From contig NZ_JBLWWR010000009.1 of assembly GCF_048267825.1 (NCBI RefSeq), positions 27,443-91,442 of the forward strand: a stretch of 64,000 nt of DNA. The letters are read 5' to 3'. The translations under genes and the position numbers were made by a program. Positions 18,583 through 26,114 of this stretch are shown here, piece by piece. The stretch comes from Pseudidiomarina sp. (GTDB lineage: Bacteria; Pseudomonadota; Gammaproteobacteria; Enterobacterales; Alteromonadaceae). The notes beneath the pieces were generated by a model that was not told the DNA's origin, ran no database searches, and worked only from the letters and a program-made list of their open reading frames with translations. Numbering within the stretch: the stretch's first letter is position 1; each line of letters begins with the position of its first letter.

Positions 18583-19659
18583 ATGGGGTTTTACATTCGG
18601 AAAGCTATTAGCGTCGGACCTTTCAGGTTCAACTTATCAAAATCGAGTGTGGGCGTATCAGCAGGAGTTAAAGGTCTTCGTTTCGGGACTGGGCCTCGGG
18701 GCAATTACGTCCACATGGGAAGGGGTGGTCTATATTATAGAAGAACTTTACCCTCCGGTTCGACCGAAATAAATCAGCAATCGCATACGCCTACATTACA
18801 GCAAAGCGATACCGAAATTGAACATGATCCATTAAAGGAAATAGAAAGTGCTCATATCACGCAAATGGTAGATTCATCTTCGGCTGCTCTTGTTGCGGAA
18901 ATGAATGACAAAATAAAAAAAATCAGGATATGGCCTTTTATCGGCACAATTGGAACTTTTTTAACGTTTGTCGCCTTCCAAAATTCAGAAACTCCAATCG
19001 TTGCATTCATCATAGCTGTCATTACTATCGCTCTCACTATTTTTGCATCGGTCAAGGATAGCTTAAGAAAAACAACTGTTCTATTTTTCGAGCTTGAACC
19101 AGAAATCGAAGCGCTTTACCAGAAGCTTCACGATTCTTTCGGTCAGCTTTCATCATCATCGAGCAAATGGCATGTCGAAGCAGAGGGCTCTGTCAAAGAC
19201 AGAAAGCGTAATGCGGGCGCCACGAGCGTAATCAAAAGAACTTCAATATCTCTGGGCTTAGGAAATCCACCGTATGTGAAATCCAATGTTTCAGTTCCAT
19301 TTATCCCCGTCGGAAAGCAAACGCTGTATTTTTTCCCGGATAAGGTTCTTATATTTGAACCAAATGGTGTTGGTGCTGTGAGCTATCAAAATCTTAGAGT
19401 ATTTGTGGAAAATACGAGATTCATCGAACATGGCAGTTTACCAAGAGATGCAAAGGTTGTTGATAGAACCTGGAAGTACGTCAATAAACGGGGCGGTCCA
19501 GATAAACGATTTAAAGACAACCTAGAACTACCAATAGTCTTGTACGAAGACCTAAGCTTTACAAGTGACACAGGATTAAATGAACGAATTGAAATATCAA
19601 AGGTAGGCTTTGGTGGTGACTTCTCACGCGCTATCAACATGTTGTCAAAAGGGATCTAA
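18583..19659 (+). CDS. DUF4236-domain membrane protein
   Basis: The N-terminus MGFYIRKAISVGPFRFNLSKSSVGVSAGVKGLRFGTGPRGNYVHMGRGGLYYR is the DUF4236 signature. Two hydrophobic helices follow (IWPFIGTIGTFLTFVAF, IVAFIIAVITIALTIFASV), then a ~200-aa C-terminal domain. Confidence 0.7.
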   Translation: MGFYIRKAISVGPFRFNLSKSSVGVSAGVKGLRFGTGPRGNYVHMGRGGLYYRRTLPSGSTEINQQSHTPTLQQSDTEIEHDPLKEIESAHITQMVDSSSAALVAEMNDKIKKIRIWPFIGTIGTFLTFVAFQNSETPIVAFIIAVITIALTIFASVKDSLRKTTVLFFELEPEIEALYQKLHDSFGQLSSSSSKWHVEAEGSVKDRKRNAGATSVIKRTSISLGLGNPPYVKSNVSVPFIPVGKQTLYFFPDKVLIFEPNGVGAVSYQNLRVFVENTRFIEHGSLPRDAKVVDRTWKYVNKRGGPDKRFKDNLELPIVLYEDLSFTSDTGLNERIEISKVGFGGDFSRAINMLSKGI

Positions 19660-19674
19660 CGACCGCAGCGAGAG

Positions 19675-19713
19675 ACCAGATAAGTAGTAACCAGGTAGCT
19701 AATTATCTGGTCA
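19675..19713. terminator. 10-bp perfect inverted repeat between convergent genes (possible bidirectional terminator)
   Basis: GACCAGATAA - 19 nt - TTATCTGGTC. The loop is long and there is no clear T-tract. Confidence 0.35.
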
Positions 19714-19762
19714 AATATCTGACCTGAAACGGCATTAAAGTTCTAGTTTTTGACAGGCGTTG

Positions 19763-20683
19763 CTAGTTTCGTCGCCGTCCCAGTTTTTTCGTATAATCAA
19801 AACTAAATGTATGCTCATTTGGGTTTACGGTACAAGCTCCATAAACCCGATTGTCTTTGTCGGCGCGTAGCACAATTGTACCACCGCAAACCGGACATTT
19901 TGCAGTCGCTGCAATTACATTTAATCTGGGAAGTCGTTCATCGTCTTGATGATGTAATACCAGAGCGGTAGGTGTGAGCCTGCCAGCTAGTAAGTCTGGC
20001 ATCAAGACTACTCGGCGTTCCGGTAATTCATAAAAGCGTCGCCAGTGTTTATAAAATTTGGCACTGACAATAATCAGCAAAGTTGTTAATAGCCAATTAT
20101 ATATACTGGGCTGGTACACGGCACTGTAAAGTGAACCTATTATCAATAGAATCATGAAGCCAGCAAAACCAAATAGTAATACGACCATCAGAATTGCTGG
20201 GATAAGACCAAGCTGCGCACCATACAGCCATCGCAGCCACATATTTAACTCACGGCGTGTTTCGAAAGTGTAGCGTATAGCTCCTTCAGGGATATCGTTC
20301 TTGGAGGGGGTAAAACGAAGATCTATATCTCGTGCTGAAAAAGTAAAAACAAGAACTCGATCACCTTTAGTGACTTGACCTGTTGGATAAACTTTAAAAT
20401 TATTGTCCACCGCCGATTCTGCCAATACATCCGCACGTTCCGACAACCACTCTCCCAGCTCTTTGAATTTTTTCCGAACTTGACTACCTGATTCGCTCTC
20501 GTGTTCCGACTCTAATATGTCTTTAATCACAAAACTCGTTTTAGCGCCTGCTGCTGCGATGACCTGTTCGCATATTTGCTGAAATAACCGGTGAATCCTT
20601 GTGCGATTACCGGCAACCTTTTGTTGCTCCTCAAGCCACTTCAACCCAACCCTAGCGGCTAACACATTGTCTTGATTACTCAC
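19763..20683 (-). CDS. Hypothetical 2-TM protein with C-terminal zinc-ribbon
   Basis: 306 aa with a GTG start preceded by GGGAG. It has two long hydrophobic helices (LGLIPAILMVVLLFGFAGFMILLIIGSL, WLLTTLLIIVSAKF) and the C-terminal motif CPVCGGTIVL......GAC. No family was recognised. Confidence 0.6.
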   Translation of the reverse strand: MSNQDNVLAARVGLKWLEEQQKVAGNRTRIHRLFQQICEQVIAAAGAKTSFVIKDILESEHESESGSQVRKKFKELGEWLSERADVLAESAVDNNFKVYPTGQVTKGDRVLVFTFSARDIDLRFTPSKNDIPEGAIRYTFETRRELNMWLRWLYGAQLGLIPAILMVVLLFGFAGFMILLIIGSLYSAVYQPSIYNWLLTTLLIIVSAKFYKHWRRFYELPERRVVLMPDLLAGRLTPTALVLHHQDDERLPRLNVIAATAKCPVCGGTIVLRADKDNRVYGACTVNPNEHTFSFDYTKKLGRRRN

Positions 20684-20690
20684 TTTGTGT

Positions 20691-20720
20691 GACTCCCTAT
20701 GACTCCCTTCGACACCCTAC
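20691..20720. repeat. Three tandem 10-bp repeats (GACTCCCTAT GACTCCCTTC GACACCCTAC) in a divergent intergenic region
   Basis: Read directly from the sequence. The repeats lie 8-37 nt upstream of the GTG of the minus-strand gene. Confidence 0.8.
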
Positions 20721-20777
20721 TGCCTCCTGACAGCGTAAGTCAATATGCCTCGAGATTAGGAACAAGAGGAACATGAC

Positions 20778-21452
20778 GTGGAAGCATTTGCGACTGATAT
20801 CGAGACAGGTCGAACCATACACATCAGTAACGCCTTAAATAGTAAGAATTATATTTGTAAAGTGTGCGGTACTCAGTTATTTCCCATAATGGGTACTGTT
20901 AAAAAGCGGCACTTTCGACACAAATCACTAAAAAAACATCAGCACCGTATCAATGGTGAGACAAGGTTGCACCGAGAAGCTAAGCGGATCCTTGAATTCT
21001 TCAAACTAGTCGAGCTTCCTGATCAGCTTGGTCCTGCAGAACTGGAGTATGTTCAACTAGAAAAGAGTCATATACGTGGACCTCACGTGATCCGTCCGGA
21101 TGTTACTGCGCGTGTTGGCAGTCAGGAAATATTTATAGAAATTAAGGTCACTCATGCCGTATCTGAGTATAAGCGCGAGCGGCTCCTCGCATTCAACATT
21201 GATACCATTGAAATTGATCTATCGATGTATGTTGGGCGCACCACACTTAGCGCGCACGACCTGCAAATGGCGGTAATTTTTGATGCTCGGCGCACATTTG
21301 TGCATAGGCGCGGAATTCACCTATTCCCGCGTTTGATTAGTCGCTGGTATCACTTCTGGAATAAGTTGCGGGGTCTACTGAAACGTCGTCGACCGATGAA
21401 AATTCATGATCGAGACCCGGATAGCGGACAGAGTTATTGGAATTTTGGGTAG
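20778..21452 (+). CDS. CoiA-like / PD-(D/E)xK nuclease family protein
   Basis: Has the N-terminal zinc motif YICKVCGTQL......RHFRHKS, then GETRLHREAK, then RPDVTARVGSQEIFIEIKVTHAVS (D..ExK). This layout is typical of competence-protein-CoiA-like nucleases. The start is GTG. Confidence 0.55.
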   Translation: MEAFATDIETGRTIHISNALNSKNYICKVCGTQLFPIMGTVKKRHFRHKSLKKHQHRINGETRLHREAKRILEFFKLVELPDQLGPAELEYVQLEKSHIRGPHVIRPDVTARVGSQEIFIEIKVTHAVSEYKRERLLAFNIDTIEIDLSMYVGRTTLSAHDLQMAVIFDARRTFVHRRGIHLFPRLISRWYHFWNKLRGLLKRRRPMKIHDRDPDSGQSYWNFG

Positions 21453-21631
21453 CTTTGTAGTCGCTAAGTATTTGAAGTTTAGACATTATGGTCGGCCTTG
21501 AGTGAAAAGCAGACATTTATCAATGAGTCTGGTAGTTTATCTAAAAGATATGGAATAGCTAAGGTCATTAGCTAAAAAGCCCTCTTTGACTGTAAACAAG
21601 TATTGGTAGGCCCGAATTTCAAGGAACGATT

Positions 21632-23608
21632 ATGAGCAAAAAAATTCAAGTAGAGGTCCAGAGCGATCATCTAGACAAGGTATCAAAATCGAGTCCATTA
21701 ACTGCTGTCACTGAGCTCGTTTGGAATGCCTTGGACGCAGATGCAAATACCGTTGAAGTTATTGTTGACAGTGGTGATATGGGTATATCTGCAATTCACG
21801 TCAAAGATGATGGGCATGGAGTGGATTACGATAAGGCTTCTGCATATTTCAAAGGCTTGGGAGGCTCTTGGAAAAATGATAAAGGTCAGTCTCCAAATGG
21901 AAGATTTCTTCATGGAAGAGAAGGGCAGGGGCGTTTTAAGTCATTTTCTGTTGGCAGAGTTGTAGAGTGGACCACAAGGTATCAGTCTCATGACAGCCAG
22001 TATTTCGAATATCAAATAAAAGGTTTTTCCGACGATAAAAAAAGCTTTTCGTTAAGTGATAAGAAAACAAGTGAAGTTGCAAAATCAGGTACGAGAGTGT
22101 CTATTTTAGAGCCAATTAAAGAATTTACTTCGTTGACCGATGGAAGACTAATTGAACACCTCACCTCTACCTTTGCTACCTATTTGGCTGCATATAAAGA
22201 AGTCAAGCTATATGTTAATGGGAAACGAGTTGATCCAAGCTCAGTTATAAACAACTCCGAAACTGTTGAACTTTCCAAAGTTTTATACGAAGGAAGGGTG
22301 TATGACTATGAACTGGAGATTATTGAGTGGAATACCACAGCGAAAAATCAAATTCAGTTGTGTAATCATGCGGGATTCCCATTGCTTCCGTTGGATAAAA
22401 AAATTAAAGGGAGTGCTGAGTTTTCTTTCACTGCATATTTGAAATCTGAGCACATAAGTGAACTGAATAGAGTTGGTGCACTCGGTTTAGGGGATTTAGA
22501 AAGATCTTTACGGGCTCCTATTGATGACGCAGTAAACCGAATTAAAGATTACCTAGTTAGAAGAAAAATAACTCGCTCTTCTAACCAAATAGAAAAATGG
22601 AAAAGTGAGAACGTTTATCCGTATTCGGGTGAAGTTATAGGGCATGTTGAGCGTGCTGAAAAACAAATGTTTGATTTCCTTGCACTCAATATCAACGATC
22701 TTATGCCTGAGTTTGATAAATCTGCTCTGCAATTGAAAAAGTTTCAACTAAGCCTGTTGAAGCAAATTGTCGCGAGCCAGCCGAGTGACCTCCATACCAT
22801 ATTGACAGAGGTATTGAGCTTAAGCGAAGAAAAGCAGAAAGAATTTGCAGAGTTGCTTAAGGACGCGTCTTTATCTGCAATTATCAGCGCTACCAAGATG
22901 GTGGCTGATAGGTTGCGTTTTCTCTCTGGGTTGGAGGAAATTATATTCAACCCAAACCTTAAAAAGGTACTGAAAGAGCGTAGCCAACTTCACAAACTCC
23001 TCGAAGAAAACACATGGGTATTTGGTGAACAATTTTCATTGTCAGTTAGTGACAAATCACTGACAAAAGTGCTAAGTAAGCATCTAGAAAGCAAAGGGAT
23101 CGCTATTCTTCCAGATGAACCTGTAAAGCGTTTGGATGAATCCAATGGTATTGTAGACTTGATGCTAACTCGGAGTATTGCGCGCAACCATCCAACTGAA
23201 CGTGAGCACCTTATTGTTGAGTTAAAGGCACCTAAAGTGAAAATTGGTCAAGCCGAGCTCGGGCAAATAAAGTCTTATGCTTTTGCGGTCTCGGATGATG
23301 AGCGGTTTACTGCATTGGATACTAAGTGGCACTTTTGGATCATATCGAATGAAATCGACGCCTATACTAAACGAGAATTAGCAGACGATAAACAAGAACG
23401 CGGTATTTTATACAATGCTGATGGAGTTACGATTTGGGTGAAAACATGGTCAGAACTAATCAATGAGTGTAAACACAGACACGAGTTTATCCGTAAACAA
23501 CTGGATATAAACGTCGATAGTTCAGACGGATTGGAGTATCTCCGAAAACACTACTCTGCCTACACCCAAGGATTAGATGAATTTGATGAGAAGTCTATTG
23601 CAGTATGA
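21632..23608 (+). CDS. GHKL (HATPase_c_3-type) ATPase fused to a C-terminal DUF4263/Shedu-like PD-(D/E)xK nuclease domain
   Basis: The N-terminus carries the Bergerat-fold boxes TELVWNALDADA (N box), VKDDGHGV (G1) and GREGQGRFKSF (G2). The C-terminus LLEENTWVFGEQF...GIVDLMLTR...EHLIVELKAPKVKIGQAELGQIKSYA fits the DUF4263 pattern (pWlfG..y...D....ElK.P......Q...Y). Confidence 0.65.
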   Translation: MSKKIQVEVQSDHLDKVSKSSPLTAVTELVWNALDADANTVEVIVDSGDMGISAIHVKDDGHGVDYDKASAYFKGLGGSWKNDKGQSPNGRFLHGREGQGRFKSFSVGRVVEWTTRYQSHDSQYFEYQIKGFSDDKKSFSLSDKKTSEVAKSGTRVSILEPIKEFTSLTDGRLIEHLTSTFATYLAAYKEVKLYVNGKRVDPSSVINNSETVELSKVLYEGRVYDYELEIIEWNTTAKNQIQLCNHAGFPLLPLDKKIKGSAEFSFTAYLKSEHISELNRVGALGLGDLERSLRAPIDDAVNRIKDYLVRRKITRSSNQIEKWKSENVYPYSGEVIGHVERAEKQMFDFLALNINDLMPEFDKSALQLKKFQLSLLKQIVASQPSDLHTILTEVLSLSEEKQKEFAELLKDASLSAIISATKMVADRLRFLSGLEEIIFNPNLKKVLKERSQLHKLLEENTWVFGEQFSLSVSDKSLTKVLSKHLESKGIAILPDEPVKRLDESNGIVDLMLTRSIARNHPTEREHLIVELKAPKVKIGQAELGQIKSYAFAVSDDERFTALDTKWHFWIISNEIDAYTKRELADDKQERGILYNADGVTIWVKTWSELINECKHRHEFIRKQLDINVDSSDGLEYLRKHYSAYTQGLDEFDEKSIAV

Positions 23609-23698
23609 CGCAGCCCAATGGCTGAAAATCTAACGAATCGCTGCTGTTGGACAAATTTTCACAAAGCGCGGGGTTATGCATAAATCGGGAATTGCCAA

Positions 23699-24121
23699 AT
23701 GACGTTTGAAAAAGATTGGATTGATGTTACCTCGGCACTATTAACTCCAGTAGTAGCTGTATTAGGTATAGGGATTGCCGTACTGCAATGGAAACTAAAT
23801 AGATCAAGATTTAGACACGAAGTATTTGAGAAACGATATGCAATTTATGAAGCCGCATTGCTTTATTTAAGCCAACTTATCAGAACAGCAAAGATGGATG
23901 ATTACGAGCGGGTTACCTTCTTGCAGAATACCAAAGGAGCGTTCGTCTTGTTTGACGAAAAAATTGTTACTTATCTGAAGGAACTACATTCAAAATCTTT
24001 AGAATTACACTTGTACCATAGTCAAAAACGTCACAAAGAAGAAGCTGAGGTACTGAAGTGGTTAACTGCTCAGCTTAATGAAATTGATGTGGTCTTCAAA
24101 GGTCATCTCAAGATCGAGTAA
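23699..24121 (+). CDS. Hypothetical single-TM protein
   Basis: 140 aa with the N-terminal helix ALLTPVVAVLGIGIAVLQW. It lies 90 nt downstream of the GHKL-nuclease gene on the same strand. Confidence 0.5.
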   Translation: MTFEKDWIDVTSALLTPVVAVLGIGIAVLQWKLNRSRFRHEVFEKRYAIYEAALLYLSQLIRTAKMDDYERVTFLQNTKGAFVLFDEKIVTYLKELHSKSLELHLYHSQKRHKEEAEVLKWLTAQLNEIDVVFKGHLKIE

Positions 24122-24284
24122 ATGTATAACAATCATATTAAAAATCGCTCCACTTCGTTGCGCGGGATCTAACTATCTGTCGGCCTTTTATGTGAGTGTT
24201 ATGGTAAGGCCTGATAATATTATTTAATACACTTAAAGGGCTTGGCGATGGAGATAATCTCGATAGAAATGACGTAACCAACGT

Positions 24285-24308
24285 TCTAGTGAGCTAGTGG
24301 CGATTCAA
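24285..24308 (+). repeat. Module X, copy 3 (TCTAGTGAGCTAGTGGCGATTCAA)
   Basis: See copies 1 and 2. This copy lies 67 nt upstream of the ATG at 24376. Confidence 0.7.
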
Positions 24309-24375
24309 AGTGGGTACTCGCATATACAAATGTTTTACCAACAGAACCTGAGCTAATCGGAGGGAATCAGGAAAA

Positions 24376-24768
24376 ATGCATTCAATTCTAATCTACGGAT
24401 TTCCCATTATACTTGTTTCATTTGAGGCTTTGCTAAGAAATTTAATAGACGTCGATACCTTCGGGTTCGTTGGGCCTACTTTGGCAGCAACAGGAATTTC
24501 ATTTATGGTTCCCCTTACAAGGCTGAAAGTTTCTGAGGTTAAGTCATCGCTTGGTGAAAAATGGGTTCAGGTTTCAAAGCGGGACCAGAATTATGTAAGT
24601 TTAGTATGGTTACTGCTTTTCATCTCTTTGTTCTTGTGGTTTTGGGTTTGCACACTTTCGATTCAAAGCGATACTTCCAAGTTATTTGATTTTCCAACAC
24701 ATGTGGTTATTGGTGCAACAATGTATGTGATTGGTATTGTTTTAAGCAGTATCAAGGAGGTGATGTGA
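24376..24768 (+). CDS. Hypothetical ~4-TM membrane protein
   Basis: 130 aa and strongly hydrophobic. An RBS GGAGGGA lies upstream. The stop overlaps the next start (ATGA at 24765). Confidence 0.6.
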   Translation: MHSILIYGFPIILVSFEALLRNLIDVDTFGFVGPTLAATGISFMVPLTRLKVSEVKSSLGEKWVQVSKRDQNYVSLVWLLLFISLFLWFWVCTLSIQSDTSKLFDFPTHVVIGATMYVIGIVLSSIKEVM

Positions 24769-25355
24769 TGGCTTTTGAACTAGTTGCAATCTTGATAAGT
24801 GCAGTGGCATCTGCTGTCGCTTTTTTGTCAGCCAGAATGATTAAGCGCCTCGATTCTAAGTTTAATAAAACTATTTTCTTAAAAAATAGCAGCGGCGAAG
24901 TTAAAGAAATTTCCATAGAAGCAGGCGATAATGAAAGAAATATCCAAGAATACCTTGATTCTGCAATTGAATATGAAAATGAAGTTGGAGAAATACTGAA
25001 ACGATACCGTTCTCAGTTAATACATAATTATATTGCTGAGTTTAATAATCGTAAGTACCAGATAGATTATTTTCTGAGTGATTATGATAAGAGCTATTTC
25101 TTTGAAGTTAAGTCTCATAAAAAACCGCTGAGCGCTAGTTTAGTGTCCAAGATAATTGAAGATCTTCCATACAATTCCGATGGAAATGTAATAGTCTCAA
25201 AGAATGGTTTCACTGAGAGTGCTTTGGAATTAATCAAAAAAGCAAATAAAAAAATCATGCCAGTAAGTGGTGCTAGTCGTGAAGAGTTAACATCACAGCT
25301 TGATGAGTTCGCGGCAAGCAAGGGTATAACAAGTCAAGCAAGTGGGACGTCCTAG
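24765..25355 (+). CDS. Membrane-anchored Mrr_cat-type restriction-endonuclease-domain protein
   Basis: The N-terminal TM helix is FELVAILISAVASAVAFLSA. The C-terminus YQIDYFLSD..KSYFFEVKSHKKPLSASLVSKII......GNVIVSKNGFTESALELIKKAN fits the Mrr_cat pattern (D...ExK...v....v..l......g.ivt..gFt..A...a). Confidence 0.6.
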   Translation: MMAFELVAILISAVASAVAFLSARMIKRLDSKFNKTIFLKNSSGEVKEISIEAGDNERNIQEYLDSAIEYENEVGEILKRYRSQLIHNYIAEFNNRKYQIDYFLSDYDKSYFFEVKSHKKPLSASLVSKIIEDLPYNSDGNVIVSKNGFTESALELIKKANKKIMPVSGASREELTSQLDEFAASKGITSQASGTS

Positions 25356-25505
25356 TGCCCCCTTTGTTGAAGTGTTAGTATTTAAGGGAAATATGAGCGA
25401 GAATTCTTTCAAATCAATAAGAAATGGAATTATTGCTTCAGTAATTTCCGGAGTGATTCTCTTGGATTTTCCGGTTCTGAGAGGATATCTAATTAGCTTT
25501 TTGTC

Positions 25506-25910
25506 ATGGCATGGTCTGGATTTGTGTGGTGTTGGGAAGTTCTAGTTGCTTCATATTATCTTCCGGGCTGGGGTTGGTTGTTACTCCTTATTCTGGCATG
25601 TGTTGGTTTGGTTAATATTTATCGGGCTCTAAAAGGTGAGTCGGAAGAACCTGAATTTAAATCATACATTGAAGATTTCATTCATGGTGCCAAATGGCGA
25701 TGGGTTTGGGTGGAAAATCGAATTTCCAAGGTATGGTGCTTTTGTCCTCGTTGCGATGCAACGCTGGTTGATGATGACAGCTCATGCCGTAGCCTTTATG
25801 CGGGCGTAAATAAAACTGACTTTATTTGTGAAAACTGTGGTCGTAGTACTGTGGCATCTATAGCAGGTGGAAGCAAAGGTTATGCAATTGGCGCAATACG
25901 GGCGAGATAG
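25506..25910 (+). CDS. Hypothetical membrane protein with zinc-ribbon (possibly the 3' part of a frameshifted 25393..25910 gene)
   Basis: Has the TM helix YYLPGWGWLLLLILACVGLVNIY, then CFCPRCDATL....FICENCG. The upstream ORF (MSENSFKS.. from 25393) joins this frame if one copy of the tandem CATGGCATGG (25505..25514) is removed. Confidence 0.5.
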   Translation: MAWSGFVWCWEVLVASYYLPGWGWLLLLILACVGLVNIYRALKGESEEPEFKSYIEDFIHGAKWRWVWVENRISKVWCFCPRCDATLVDDDSSCRSLYAGVNKTDFICENCGRSTVASIAGGSKGYAIGAIRAR

Positions 25911-26114
25911 AGCGAAGAATAAGGACCGGTGAGTACAGAAAGGACGAACAAGTCATTTCTGCTGGAAAAGTTTTCCGCTGTACTCCAAATTTGCCGCAGA
26001 GCGCATCGGCAACGTCCGCATCTGGCACAATGCGAAAGTTAGGACCACGGAGTCTACCAATGTCACCGCTGCTTCTTCAGCGAGTTAACATCTAGCTAAA
26101 AACAGCCAAAAAAC

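Noticed and set aside
18545-18772. A 75-aa track ORF overlapping the DUF4236 gene start.
   Set aside because: It is out of frame with the well-supported DUF4236 ORF, which has an RBS (AAGGGAG) before the ATG at 18583.
13240-26110. A retron, CBASS, CRISPR-Cas or restriction-modification system in the island.
   Set aside because: No reverse transcriptase, cyclase, Cas gene, repeat-spacer array or methyltransferase motif (DPPY/NPPY, FxGxG) was seen in any frame-track protein of the island.
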